From: Acidimicrobiales bacterium | Lineage (GTDB): Bacteria; Actinomycetota; Acidimicrobiia; Acidimicrobiales; GCA-2861595 | DNA: 64,000 bases | Assembly (NCBI GenBank): GCA_036262515.1 | Contig: DATAIT010000055.1 | Span: 1,532-65,531 of the forward strand | Direction of reading: 5' to 3' | Part shown: in pieces, positions 56,251 to 64,000 of the stretch | Layout of the letters: every line of letters begins with the position of its first letter | Numbering within the stretch: position 1 is the first letter of the stretch | Program-made: the position numbers and the translations under genes | The notes under the pieces: generated by a model | What the model saw: the letters and a program-made list of their open reading frames with translations, nothing else | Told to the model about the DNA's origin: nothing | Database searches by the model: none

Positions 56251-57296
56251 CACGGCGGTCCCTCCGAGACGAGCCGGAGGAAGGCCTGCTCGATGCCCGA
56301 GCCCTCCTCCTCGCAACCGAGCACCTGGTACCCGTTTCCGGTGAGAGCGGAGATGGGATCGCCCAAGACCGCGTCCCCGCTGAGGGTGAGCGCGTAGCGG
56401 TCGATGCCGGAGCGGTCGCCCCCGACGGGGACCATCGTGGCCATCCCGGTGACAACGTCGGCGGGAGGACGCGGCTTCTGCGCCGTCGGGCCTGCCCGGA
56501 GCGTGACCATGTATCTCCTCGTCCCGGCCGTCGACGCCAGGCCCTCGACCGTGCCGCTGTAGCGGAGCTCCCCGCCCGCGAGCACCAGGACCCGGTCGGC
56601 GAAGTTGCGGAGCTCCTCCAGGCGTTGGGTGACCCACATCGCCGCCGCCCCGTGCGCGACGGCTTCCCGCACCAGCCCCTGGACCTGCCCCCTCGCGTTT
56701 GGATCCAGGTCATGCGTGGCCTCGTCGCAGAGGAGCAGCTTCGGCTCGACGAGGAAGGCCCGGGCCAGGACCAGCCGCTTCTGCATCCCGTGTGAGTACA
56801 GACCGACGCGGACGCGGGCTGCCTCCGAGAGGCCGACCTGGGCGAGAACCTCCTCGGCCCGCACGACCGCCTCCCGGTAGCGCTGCCCGTTGAGGCGGGC
56901 GAAGAAGACGAGGTTCTCCAGGCCCGACATCCGCAGGTAGAAGGTGCGATCGACGCCGGGCGCCCACCCCGTGAGCTGTCGTGCCGCCAGCTGGCCCGGC
57001 TGGTGCCCGAACACCCGCACTCGTCCGTAGGAGGGCTCCACCAGCCCGGTCAGGATGCGAAGGAGGGTGCTCTTGCCGGCGCCGTTGGCGCCGACGAGGC
57101 CGACGATCTCCCCCGGGGGCACGTCCAATGAGATGCCTCGCAGGACGGTTTTGGCACCGAAGCGCTGCACGACGTCGACCGCCTCTATGGCCGGCACCTC
57201 GCGAGACGGCGCCGGGATGGGCGCCGGCGTTCCGGGCATCACCGCTGCGGCATCGACTTCTGCAGCCACCGACCCAGCACCTCTCGCCTGGTCCAC
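56250..57296 (-). CDS. ABC transporter ATP-binding protein
   Basis: Walker A is 'GANGAGKSTLLR', the signature-like motif is 'YSHGMQKRLVLARA' and Walker B is 'LLLCDEATHDLD'. The start is uncertain (ATG at 57296 or 57240). Confidence 0.9.
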   Translation of the reverse strand: MDQARGAGSVAAEVDAAAVMPGTPAPIPAPSREVPAIEAVDVVQRFGAKTVLRGISLDVPPGEIVGLVGANGAGKSTLLRILTGLVEPSYGRVRVFGHQPGQLAARQLTGWAPGVDRTFYLRMSGLENLVFFARLNGQRYREAVVRAEEVLAQVGLSEAARVRVGLYSHGMQKRLVLARAFLVEPKLLLCDEATHDLDPNARGQVQGLVREAVAHGAAAMWVTQRLEELRNFADRVLVLAGGELRYSGTVEGLASTAGTRRYMVTLRAGPTAQKPRPPADVVTGMATMVPVGGDRSGIDRYALTLSGDAVLGDPISALTGNGYQVLGCEEEGSGIEQAFLRLVSEGPP

Positions 57297-57520
57297 CCGC
57301 TCACGGGCACCCGCCTCGTACTCCGTGCTCGGCGCGCCCGTCGCCCACAGCGTGGTTCACCGCACCCGGGCGCGCAAACGAGCGCGCACCCGCGCGCAGC
57401 GACGACCGGCCGATCGGCGGCACCTCCATCGGATTGCACACGCGTGGACAATTGGGCGGAAACGTGCGCACCATAGGGCCGGAAGGGAAGCGGCGGTCGC
57501 TTCCGGGACAGGGGGTAGAG

Positions 57521-58810
57521 ATGGCGCACGCCAAACATCTGTCGAGGTCGGGGCGCGGACGGGTCTCCACGGCTGCGACAACTGCGGCGTTGCTGGGCAC
57601 GATGCTCTTCATAGCGCCCGGTGCGGCCACGGCCGCTGGCGGAGGCTACGCCTACAGCGGCCGTGCCTACGGCACGTCGGTCAATGTGGGCAACCTCGTC
57701 ACATCCGGCCCGTCGTCGGTCGTCGGTGTCGGATGCACCGACGAGGCGGGGATTCACAAGACGAACACGCTGGCCACGATCGACGTGTCGCCGATCGTCA
57801 CCTCCGGGACGATCAACACGTCCGTCGACACGAGTGCCACAGCCACGAGCCAGCAGTCACAGTCGACCTCCGAGGTCCAGAACGTCTCGTTGCTGGACGG
57901 GCTCATCACGGCCGATGCCGTTCGAGCAGTCAGCACCACGTCGCACGACGGATCCGGGTTCCACAGCACCGGCGCCGGGTCCACCTTGGTGAACCTGAAG
58001 ATCGGCCTGACGACCATCGGGGCCACCCCGGCACCCAACACCACCGTGCCTCTCGTCGGGCTCGGCTCAGTCGTCCTGAACGAGCAGACGTCGAAGGTCA
58101 CGAACAAGGGTGCGTCCTACAGCGTCAACATGATCCACGTCTTCATCACGACCCAGAACCTGCTCGGCATCCCCGTGGGCACAGACATCGTCGTCGCCCA
58201 CGCCAAGAGCGACCTGCACGGCCCGACGCTCGCCATCCTCGACGGGCGGGCCTACGGCACGTCGGCCAATGTCGGCGAACTCGTCGAGTCCGGTCCGACT
58301 GCGCTGGTCTCCATGCCGTGCCTGGGCACCAAGGGAATCCTTCACGGCAACGACGTCCTCGGGGTCAACCTGCCCGGCATCCTGACGTCGGGGACTGTGG
58401 CCACAACGGCCGAGGGGTCGATCCGCAAGACGAGGGCGGACGGCGAGACGACAGCCACCGTCGAGGGCCTCGACCTGCTCGACGGCCTCGTGACGGCAAC
58501 GGTCATCAAGGCCGATGCGCATGCATCCATGAGCGGGGGCACGCTCACCTTCAGCGACGAGGGATCCACCTTCGCCGACCTCCAGGTGGCGGGCCATCCC
58601 GAGATCACGGCGGATGCCGCCCGGAACACCAGGATCGACCTGCTCGGACTGGGCACCCTGTGGCTGCATCGGGTGATCCAGGGTTCGAACCGGATCGAGG
58701 TGCGGATGGTCGAGCTGATCATCACCGAGCCGGGGAACGTCCTCGGGCTGGCCGTCGGCACGGACGTGCGGGTGGCCGTGGCCGAGGCGTCGGTCCACCC
58801 GTCGACCTAG
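57521..58810 (+). CDS. Secreted protein built from two tandem ~190-aa repeats (possibly the 'choice-of-anchor P'-like family)
   Basis: Starts at the ATG at 57521, preceded by GGGGGTAGAG, with a signal peptide ('TTAALLGTMLFIAPGAATA'). Repeat 1 is 'GRAYGTSVNVGNLVTSGPSSVVGVGC...LLDGLITADAVRA...' and repeat 2 is 'GRAYGTSANVGELVESGPTALVSMPC...LLDGLVTATVIKA...'. Confidence 0.6.
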   Translation: MAHAKHLSRSGRGRVSTAATTAALLGTMLFIAPGAATAAGGGYAYSGRAYGTSVNVGNLVTSGPSSVVGVGCTDEAGIHKTNTLATIDVSPIVTSGTINTSVDTSATATSQQSQSTSEVQNVSLLDGLITADAVRAVSTTSHDGSGFHSTGAGSTLVNLKIGLTTIGATPAPNTTVPLVGLGSVVLNEQTSKVTNKGASYSVNMIHVFITTQNLLGIPVGTDIVVAHAKSDLHGPTLAILDGRAYGTSANVGELVESGPTALVSMPCLGTKGILHGNDVLGVNLPGILTSGTVATTAEGSIRKTRADGETTATVEGLDLLDGLVTATVIKADAHASMSGGTLTFSDEGSTFADLQVAGHPEITADAARNTRIDLLGLGTLWLHRVIQGSNRIEVRMVELIITEPGNVLGLAVGTDVRVAVAEASVHPST

Positions 58811-58825
58811 GGATCATGCCTGGGC

Positions 58826-58845
58826 GAGCCGCACGCGTGCGGCTC
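58826..58845 (+). terminator. Perfect palindromic hairpin after the secreted repeat-protein gene and upstream of cysD
   Basis: gagccgcac-gc-gtgcggctc, located 16 nt after the TAG at 58808-58810. There is no T-tract, so it could be a terminator or an operator. Confidence 0.35.
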
Positions 58846-58907
58846 GTCCAGGCGCTCCCGGCCCTTCCACGGGCCGGCCGGGGACCGACGCTCCTAGAGT
58901 CTCCGGT

Positions 58908-59840
58908 GTGACGGACAGCCACGCGATGACGGCACATCCGTTCGAGTTGAGCCACCTCGAGGAGCTCGAGGCAGAAGCCGTCTTCGTGATGCGCGAGGTG
59001 GCGGCCGAGCTGAAGCGACCGGTCCTGTTGTTCAGCGGGGGAAAGGACTCGGTCGTCCTCCTGCGCCTGGCCGAGAAGGCCTTCCGCCCCGCCGGGTTCC
59101 CGTTCCCGATCATGCACATCGACACGGGTCACAACTTCCCGGAGGTGCTCGAGTTCCGGGACCGACGGGTCGCCGAGCTGGGCGAACGCCTCATCGTGGC
59201 CAGCGTCCAGGAGTCCATCGACCGCGGACGCGTGATCGACGAGACCGGTCCGCGGGCGTCCAGGAACCGGCTCCAGACGACCACGCTCCTCGACGCCATC
59301 GAGGAGCACGGCTTCGACGCCTGCTTCGGCGGGGCACGCCGCGACGAGGAGAAGGCCCGCGCCAAGGAACGCTTCTTCTCGTTCCGGGACGAGTTCGGCC
59401 AGTGGGACCCTCGGAACCAGCGACCGGAGCTCTGGCACGTCTACAACGGCCGGGTCCGCGAGGGTGAGCACATCCGTGCCTTCCCGATCTCCAACTGGAC
59501 CGAGCTCGACGTCTGGCAGTACATCGCCCGCGAGGGCCTCGAGCTGCCGTCGATGTATTTCGCCCACAAGCGGGAGGTCGTCGAGCGTGACGGGATGCTG
59601 CTGGCCACCGGTCCGCACCTGCCGGCGGTCGACGACGAAGCGCCGTTCGTCGCCACGGTGCGCTACCGGACGGTCGGTGACATGTCGTGCACCGGCGCCG
59701 TCGTCTCCTCGGCGTCGACGCTGGAGGAGGTCATCGCCGAGGTCAGCGCCACTCGGGTGACCGAGCGAGGAGCGACGCGCGCCGACGACAAGTTCTCCGA
59801 GGCGGCCATGGAGGACCGCAAGAAGGAGGGGTACTTCTAG
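58908..59840 (+). CDS. cysD: Sulfate adenylyltransferase subunit 2
   Basis: GTG start. The PAPS-reductase-like PP-loop is 'VLLFSGGKDSVVLLRLA', with 'GARRDEEKARAKERFFSFRD', 'ISNWTELDVWQYI' and the C-terminal 'RKKEGYF'. Confidence 0.95.
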   Translation: MTDSHAMTAHPFELSHLEELEAEAVFVMREVAAELKRPVLLFSGGKDSVVLLRLAEKAFRPAGFPFPIMHIDTGHNFPEVLEFRDRRVAELGERLIVASVQESIDRGRVIDETGPRASRNRLQTTTLLDAIEEHGFDACFGGARRDEEKARAKERFFSFRDEFGQWDPRNQRPELWHVYNGRVREGEHIRAFPISNWTELDVWQYIAREGLELPSMYFAHKREVVERDGMLLATGPHLPAVDDEAPFVATVRYRTVGDMSCTGAVVSSASTLEEVIAEVSATRVTERGATRADDKFSEAAMEDRKKEGYF

Positions 59841-61091
59841 ATGGACCTCCTGCGCTTTGCCACCGCCGGCTCGGTGGACGACGGGAAGAGCACGCTCATC
59901 GGCAGGCTGCTCTACGACTCGAAGCAGATCTTCGAGGACCAGCTCGAGGCGGTCGAGCGGGCCAGCTCGCAGCGCGGGCTGGACTACGTGAACCTGGCCC
60001 TGCTCACCGACGGGCTGCGGGCCGAGCGCGAGCAGGGCATCACCATCGACGTGGCCTACCGCTACTTCGCCACGCCGCGGCGGAAGTTCATCATCGCCGA
60101 CACCCCCGGGCACGTGCAGTACACGCGCAACATGGTGACCGGGGCGTCCACGGCCGACCTCGCCCTCGTGCTGGTCGACGCGCGCCGGGGCCTCCTCGAG
60201 CAGTCCAGGCGCCATGCGTTCATCGCCACGCTGCTCCGGATACCGCACCTCGTCGTCTGTGTGAACAAGATGGACCTGGTCGAATGGGACGAGGACGTGT
60301 TCAACCGGATCAGGGACGACTTCCGCGCCTTCGCGACCCGGCTGGACATCGCCGATCTGACGTTCATCCCGATCTCTGCGCTGCAGGGCGACAACGTGGT
60401 CGATCGCTCCTCCAACATGCCCTGGTACACCGGGCTCCCGCTGCTGGCCCACCTCGAGAACGTCCACATCGCCTCGGACCGCAACCTCGTCGACAGCCGG
60501 TTCGCCGTGCAGTACGTCATCCGGCCCACGCCCGAGCGCCGCCGGGACTACTGCGCCTTCGCAGGCCAGGTGATGGGCGGGTTCTTCCGGCCCGGTGACG
60601 ATGTCGTCGTCCTGCCGTCCGGCCTGACCTCCACCATCGCGTCGGTCGAGACCTTCGACGGTCCGTTGCAGGAGGTCTTTCCCCCGATGTCGGTCGCCAT
60701 CCGCCTGGACGACGACATCGACGTGTCCCGAGGCGACTTCATCGTCCGACCGGGGAACCAGCCCGAGGTGGGCCAGGACCTCGACGCCATGATCTGCTGG
60801 CTCACCGAGCAGCCGCTCGTCGAGCACGAGACATATCTGCTCAAGCACACGACACGCTGGAGCCAGACGGTCGTCCGCGACCTGCGCTACCGGCTCGACA
60901 TCAACACGCTCCACCGCGACGAGAAGGCCGAACGGTTGGACCTCAACGAGATCGGCCGGGTCACGCTGCGCACGACGACGCCGCTGATGTTCGACGACTA
61001 CCGGCGCAACCGGTCGACGGGCAGCTTCATCCTCGTCCACCGAGCGACGAACGCCACGGTGGGCGCCGGCATCATCCTCGCCTCCGCCTGA
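59841..61091 (+). CDS. cysN: Sulfate adenylyltransferase subunit 1 (GTPase), without a fused APS-kinase domain
   Basis: G1 is 'TAGSVDDGKSTLIGRLL', G3 is 'DTPGHVQY' and G4 is 'NKMDL'. It is 416 aa and ends '...TNATVGAGIILASA', with no CysC P-loop domain. Confidence 0.95.
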   Translation: MDLLRFATAGSVDDGKSTLIGRLLYDSKQIFEDQLEAVERASSQRGLDYVNLALLTDGLRAEREQGITIDVAYRYFATPRRKFIIADTPGHVQYTRNMVTGASTADLALVLVDARRGLLEQSRRHAFIATLLRIPHLVVCVNKMDLVEWDEDVFNRIRDDFRAFATRLDIADLTFIPISALQGDNVVDRSSNMPWYTGLPLLAHLENVHIASDRNLVDSRFAVQYVIRPTPERRRDYCAFAGQVMGGFFRPGDDVVVLPSGLTSTIASVETFDGPLQEVFPPMSVAIRLDDDIDVSRGDFIVRPGNQPEVGQDLDAMICWLTEQPLVEHETYLLKHTTRWSQTVVRDLRYRLDINTLHRDEKAERLDLNEIGRVTLRTTTPLMFDDYRRNRSTGSFILVHRATNATVGAGIILASA

Positions 61092-61255
61092 CAGCGGTGC
61101 TCGGGCGATGGCGCGCAGCCATTGAGGGCCCCATTCACTGGTCTTGTGTGTCGTCGTCCCGATCGTCGCGCCAGTCTGGGATCAGGACACGAGGGGTAAG
61201 AAGGGGAAGCGCTCGTGACCCCGCTCATGCCGCCAGACCAGGAACGACACGTGCG

Positions 61256-61390
61256 ATGACCGCGGTGCTCCTGCACGCCCGGGCCCACCTGCGGGCCCGG
61301 TGGTCGAGGTGGCCGGGGCTGGCGCTCCTGATCGCCCTTGGAGCCGGGGCCCGGCGCACCGACAGCGCGTACGCACGCTTCGACTACCCG
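61256..61390 (+). pseudogene. Possible remnant of the N-terminus of an FtsX-like ABC permease
   Basis: MTAVLLHARAHLRARWSRWPGLALLIALGAGARRTDSAYARFD resembles the conserved N-terminus ('...GARRTDSAYxRF') of actinobacterial FtsX-family permeases, but with a shortened TM1. Similarity is lost afterwards, and the opposite strand then encodes the OppF-like gene. Confidence 0.3.
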
Positions 61391-61476
61391 ACGGTGTCAG
61401 CTGCTCAGCCGTGCCGCCGCGTCGGCGGTAGGCCCCCCCCAGGACAGCCGCGGGCTCGGGGCCCGATCGCGAGGGC

Positions 61477-62772
61477 TCAGGGGTCCCCCGCCCCGCCCGC
61501 GTCCGTGACCCCGTGGAGGTGGCAGGCGACGAGGCGGCTGTCCACCTCCTGGAGCGCCGGCTCCGGCCCGGGCCCGAAGCGCACGGTGACGGACGGACCC
61601 CGCACCTCCACGCCCACCACCGCGCTCCACAGCCCGCCGCCCGGGGCATCGGCGCGGATGCGCTCCAGCAGGGCAGCGAGCTCGTCCCCGCCACGAGGGA
61701 ACACGGCTGCTTCGGGCGTCACCGCCACCCGGGCGAGGGGCCCGACCAGCTGGTCCTCCTCGGCGTGGGCGGCCGGGTCGGCCGCCCACCGGGCTTCGAA
61801 CAGGTCGACCAGGTCGCGCCCCTCCCACCCGCAGGGGGCGAAGGCCCGGGGGCAGCGGGGATGGAACCGGCACCCCCGGGGCGGGTGCAACGCGTCGGGG
61901 ACCTCCCCCTCGGGAAGCTCCTTGGCCGAGGCGCTGCGCCCGGGGTCGGGCCGGGGCACGGCGGACAGCAGGGCGGAGGTGTAGGGGTGGGCCGGCCCGC
62001 CGTAGATCGGCTGGGACGGGCCCATCTCCGCCACCCGTCCGAGGTACATGATGGCGATGCGGTCGCACACGAACTTGGCCGTGGCCAGGTCGTGGGTGAT
62101 GAAGACGTATGTGAGCCCGAACTCGCGCTGGAGGTCGAGCAGAAGCTCGAGGATCATGGCCCGCACGCTCATGTCGAGCATGGCCACCGGCTCGTCGGCC
62201 ACCACCAGCCGGGGTCTGGTGATCAGGGCCCGGGCGATCACCACCCGCTGCTTCTGCCCCCCGGAGAGGTCGTCGGGATAGCGGTCGAGAAAGGCGCCGG
62301 CGGGGGCGATGCCCACCCGCTCGAGCATCTCGGCCGCCTGCCGGCGGGCGTCGGCCTTCGACGACGCCATCTGGTGGATCCGCAGGGGATGGGCCACGCC
62401 GTCGCCGATGGTCATGGCCGGGTTCAGGGCGGCGTTGGGGTCCTGGAAGATGAGCTGGAGCTGCCGGCGGAGGGGCCGCAGCCGGGCCTCGTTCCAGTGG
62501 GCGATGTCCTGCCCGTCGAACTCGACGGTGCCGGAAAGCGGCTCGACCATCCGGAGGATGGTGCGGCCCAGCGTGGTCTTGCCACTGCCGCTCTCGCCCA
62601 CCAGGCCGAAGATCTCGCCCGGGTAGACGTCGAGGTCGACGCCGTCGACGGCCTTCACCCAGTCCGACGCCGACCCCAGCAGGGACCCGAAGAAGCCGGA
62701 ACGAACCGGGAAGTGGGTCCGCACACCCCGCAGGCGGACCAGGGGCGCGGCGCCCTCGGCCGGCGCGCTCAC
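61477..62772 (-). CDS. Oligopeptide/dipeptide ABC transporter ATP-binding protein (OppF/DppF-like) with a ~100-aa C-terminal extension
   Basis: Walker A is 'GESGSGKTTLGR', the signature is 'LSGGQKQRVVIARA' and Walker B is 'LVVADEPVAMLD'. The oligopeptide C-terminal motif is 'HPYTSALLSAVP...PPRGCRFHPRCP'. Confidence 0.9.
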   Translation of the reverse strand: MSAPAEGAAPLVRLRGVRTHFPVRSGFFGSLLGSASDWVKAVDGVDLDVYPGEIFGLVGESGSGKTTLGRTILRMVEPLSGTVEFDGQDIAHWNEARLRPLRRQLQLIFQDPNAALNPAMTIGDGVAHPLRIHQMASSKADARRQAAEMLERVGIAPAGAFLDRYPDDLSGGQKQRVVIARALITRPRLVVADEPVAMLDMSVRAMILELLLDLQREFGLTYVFITHDLATAKFVCDRIAIMYLGRVAEMGPSQPIYGGPAHPYTSALLSAVPRPDPGRSASAKELPEGEVPDALHPPRGCRFHPRCPRAFAPCGWEGRDLVDLFEARWAADPAAHAEEDQLVGPLARVAVTPEAAVFPRGGDELAALLERIRADAPGGGLWSAVVGVEVRGPSVTVRFGPGPEPALQEVDSRLVACHLHGVTDAGGAGDP

Positions 62773-63809
62773 TCCCCCACCGCGCCTTTCTGCACGGCCG
62801 ACAGGGGTGGGTCGTCGAGGCTGGTGCGCCGGCCGTCGGGCACCCAGGCCAGCTCGGGATGTCGAGGGTCGGCGCCGGCATGGAGGTGGCAGGCCACCCG
62901 GGTGCCGGCGGCGGTGGTGGCCAGACGAGGCTCAACCGCTGTGCACACCTCCATGGCGAACGGGCAGCGTCGGGCGAAGCGGCAGCCCGGCGGCGGGTCC
63001 AGAAGGTCGGGGGGCGTGCCCGGGATCGACGACAGGCGCACGGTGTCCAGGCTGATGACGCTGGCCAGCAGACCCTCGGTGTAGGGATGGCGCGGCGAGG
63101 CGAACACGGCACCGACGGGACCGAGCTCCACGATCTTCCCTGCGTACATCACCGCCATGCGGTCGCACGTCTCGGCCACCACGCCGAGGTTGTGGCTGAT
63201 GAGGACCAGGCCCATGTCGCGGGCGCACAACCCATCGAGGATCTCGAGGATCTGGGCCTCGACGATGACGTCGAGGCTGGTGGTGGGCTCGTCGGCGATG
63301 AGGACGGCGGGCTCCAGCACGATCGCCAGGGCGATCATGATGCGCTGGCGCATCCCGCCCGAGAACTCGTGCGGATAGTTGCGGGCCCGGGTGGGCGGGA
63401 TGCGGACGGCGGCCAGGGCGTTCCGGGCCATGGCGCGCGCCTCCCGCCGGGACACCTTGCGGTGAGCCCGGATGGTCTCCACGAAGTGGGCCTCGACCCG
63501 CTGGAGGGGGTCGAGGCGGGTCATCGGCTCCTGGAAGACCAGGGCGACCTTCTCGCCCCGACGCCGGCGCCGCTCGCCGGCGTCCAACGTCGTGAGGTCC
63601 TCGCCGTCGAGACGCACGTGGCCGGTGATGTCGGCGCCCTCGGGCAGCACGCCGATGATGGCCCGGCCCAGGGTCGACTTCCCGCAACCACTCTCCCCCA
63701 CCAGCCCCAGACTCTCGCCGGGCCGCAGGTCGAGGTCCACTCCGTCGACCGCCGTCACCCTCCCGCGGGCCGAGCCGTACGTGACGCGCAGGTCGCGCAC
63801 CTCGAGCAC
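62769..63809 (-). CDS. Oligopeptide/dipeptide ABC transporter ATP-binding protein (OppD/DppD-like)
   Basis: GTG start (VLEVRDLRVTYGS...). Walker A is 'GESGCGKSTLGR', the signature is 'FSGGMRQRIMIALA' and Walker B is 'VLIADEPTTSLD', followed by 'HPYTEGLLASV...PPGCRFARRCP'. The frame stays open upstream to the window edge, so the start is not certain. Confidence 0.88.
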   Translation of the reverse strand: MLEVRDLRVTYGSARGRVTAVDGVDLDLRPGESLGLVGESGCGKSTLGRAIIGVLPEGADITGHVRLDGEDLTTLDAGERRRRRGEKVALVFQEPMTRLDPLQRVEAHFVETIRAHRKVSRREARAMARNALAAVRIPPTRARNYPHEFSGGMRQRIMIALAIVLEPAVLIADEPTTSLDVIVEAQILEILDGLCARDMGLVLISHNLGVVAETCDRMAVMYAGKIVELGPVGAVFASPRHPYTEGLLASVISLDTVRLSSIPGTPPDLLDPPPGCRFARRCPFAMEVCTAVEPRLATTAAGTRVACHLHAGADPRHPELAWVPDGRRTSLDDPPLSAVQKGAVGE

Positions 63810-64000
63810 GTTGCCACCCGCCCGGCGGAGGCTGATGGTCGCCGGCGCGGCGCGTGGGGCCGGAAGGTCGGGAAGGCGCTCGTCGGTGGGCCCGGCGAGG
63901 TAGTCCAGGGTGGCCTCGTCGCCGACCGGGCCCAGCGCCCGCGGTCCGTCCAGTGCGCCCAGCGCGTCGAGCTCGTCCAGGACGTCGACCCGCGTCTCGG

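Noticed and set aside
58722-61040. 772-aa minus-strand ORF opposite cysD/cysN
   Set aside because: It is antisense to two genes with full CysD/CysN signatures and has no motifs of its own.
61391-61984. Remainder of the 295-aa plus-strand ORF 61097-61984 as a real gene
   Set aside because: After the ~43-aa FtsX-like stub, the translation is Arg/Pro/Ala/Ser low-complexity. From 61477 onward it is antisense to a well-supported OppF-like gene.

Overview
Very GC-rich window (roughly 70% by eye, not computed) with Actinomycetota-like gene content and synteny: secA-hpf-comF, and ahcY-PMI-Trm112-manB...DUF3499. Many long ORFs in the six-frame track are antisense artefacts of the high GC, so I kept only frames with recognisable protein-family motifs. 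(1) 1-20 kb is mostly housekeeping: secA (partial), a NarL-type response regulator, hpf, comF-like, mtnA plus a compact RuBisCO-like protein plus ahcY, PGI/PMI-Trm112-manB, a GT2 plus a large GT-C-like membrane protein, a CPBP protease, DUF3499, ftsH, and a DUF899-crcB-crcB operon. (2) About 20.1-61.1 kb is an accessory polysaccharide island bordered by gene remnants. It holds a priming phosphoglycosyltransferase, two GT4 enzymes, a Wzy-like polymerase, a Wzz/BY-kinase, an MsbA-like ABC exporter, a GDP-mannose 3,5-epimerase, SIX sulfotransferases, cysDN, an ACAD-PCP-adenylation cassette, two atypical alpha/beta hydrolases and several secreted multidomain proteins. Together these point to a heavily sulfated, possibly acylated exopolysaccharide. 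(3) Inside the island, at 52.4-57.3 kb, lies a lasso-type RiPP locus: ABC ATPase and permease, PqqD/B1, transglutaminase-like B2, an Asn-synthetase-like enzyme and an HPr-kinase-like kinase. I also found a 56-aa precursor ORF (52423-52593, minus strand), below the ORF-track size cutoff. Its leader fits the lasso recognition motif exactly, but its predicted core and the truncated 'cyclase' are non-canonical. This is my best candidate for a new system. (4) 61.4-64 kb encodes Opp/Dpp-type ABC ATPases. I recognised no rRNA, tRNA, CRISPR array, transposase or integrase.
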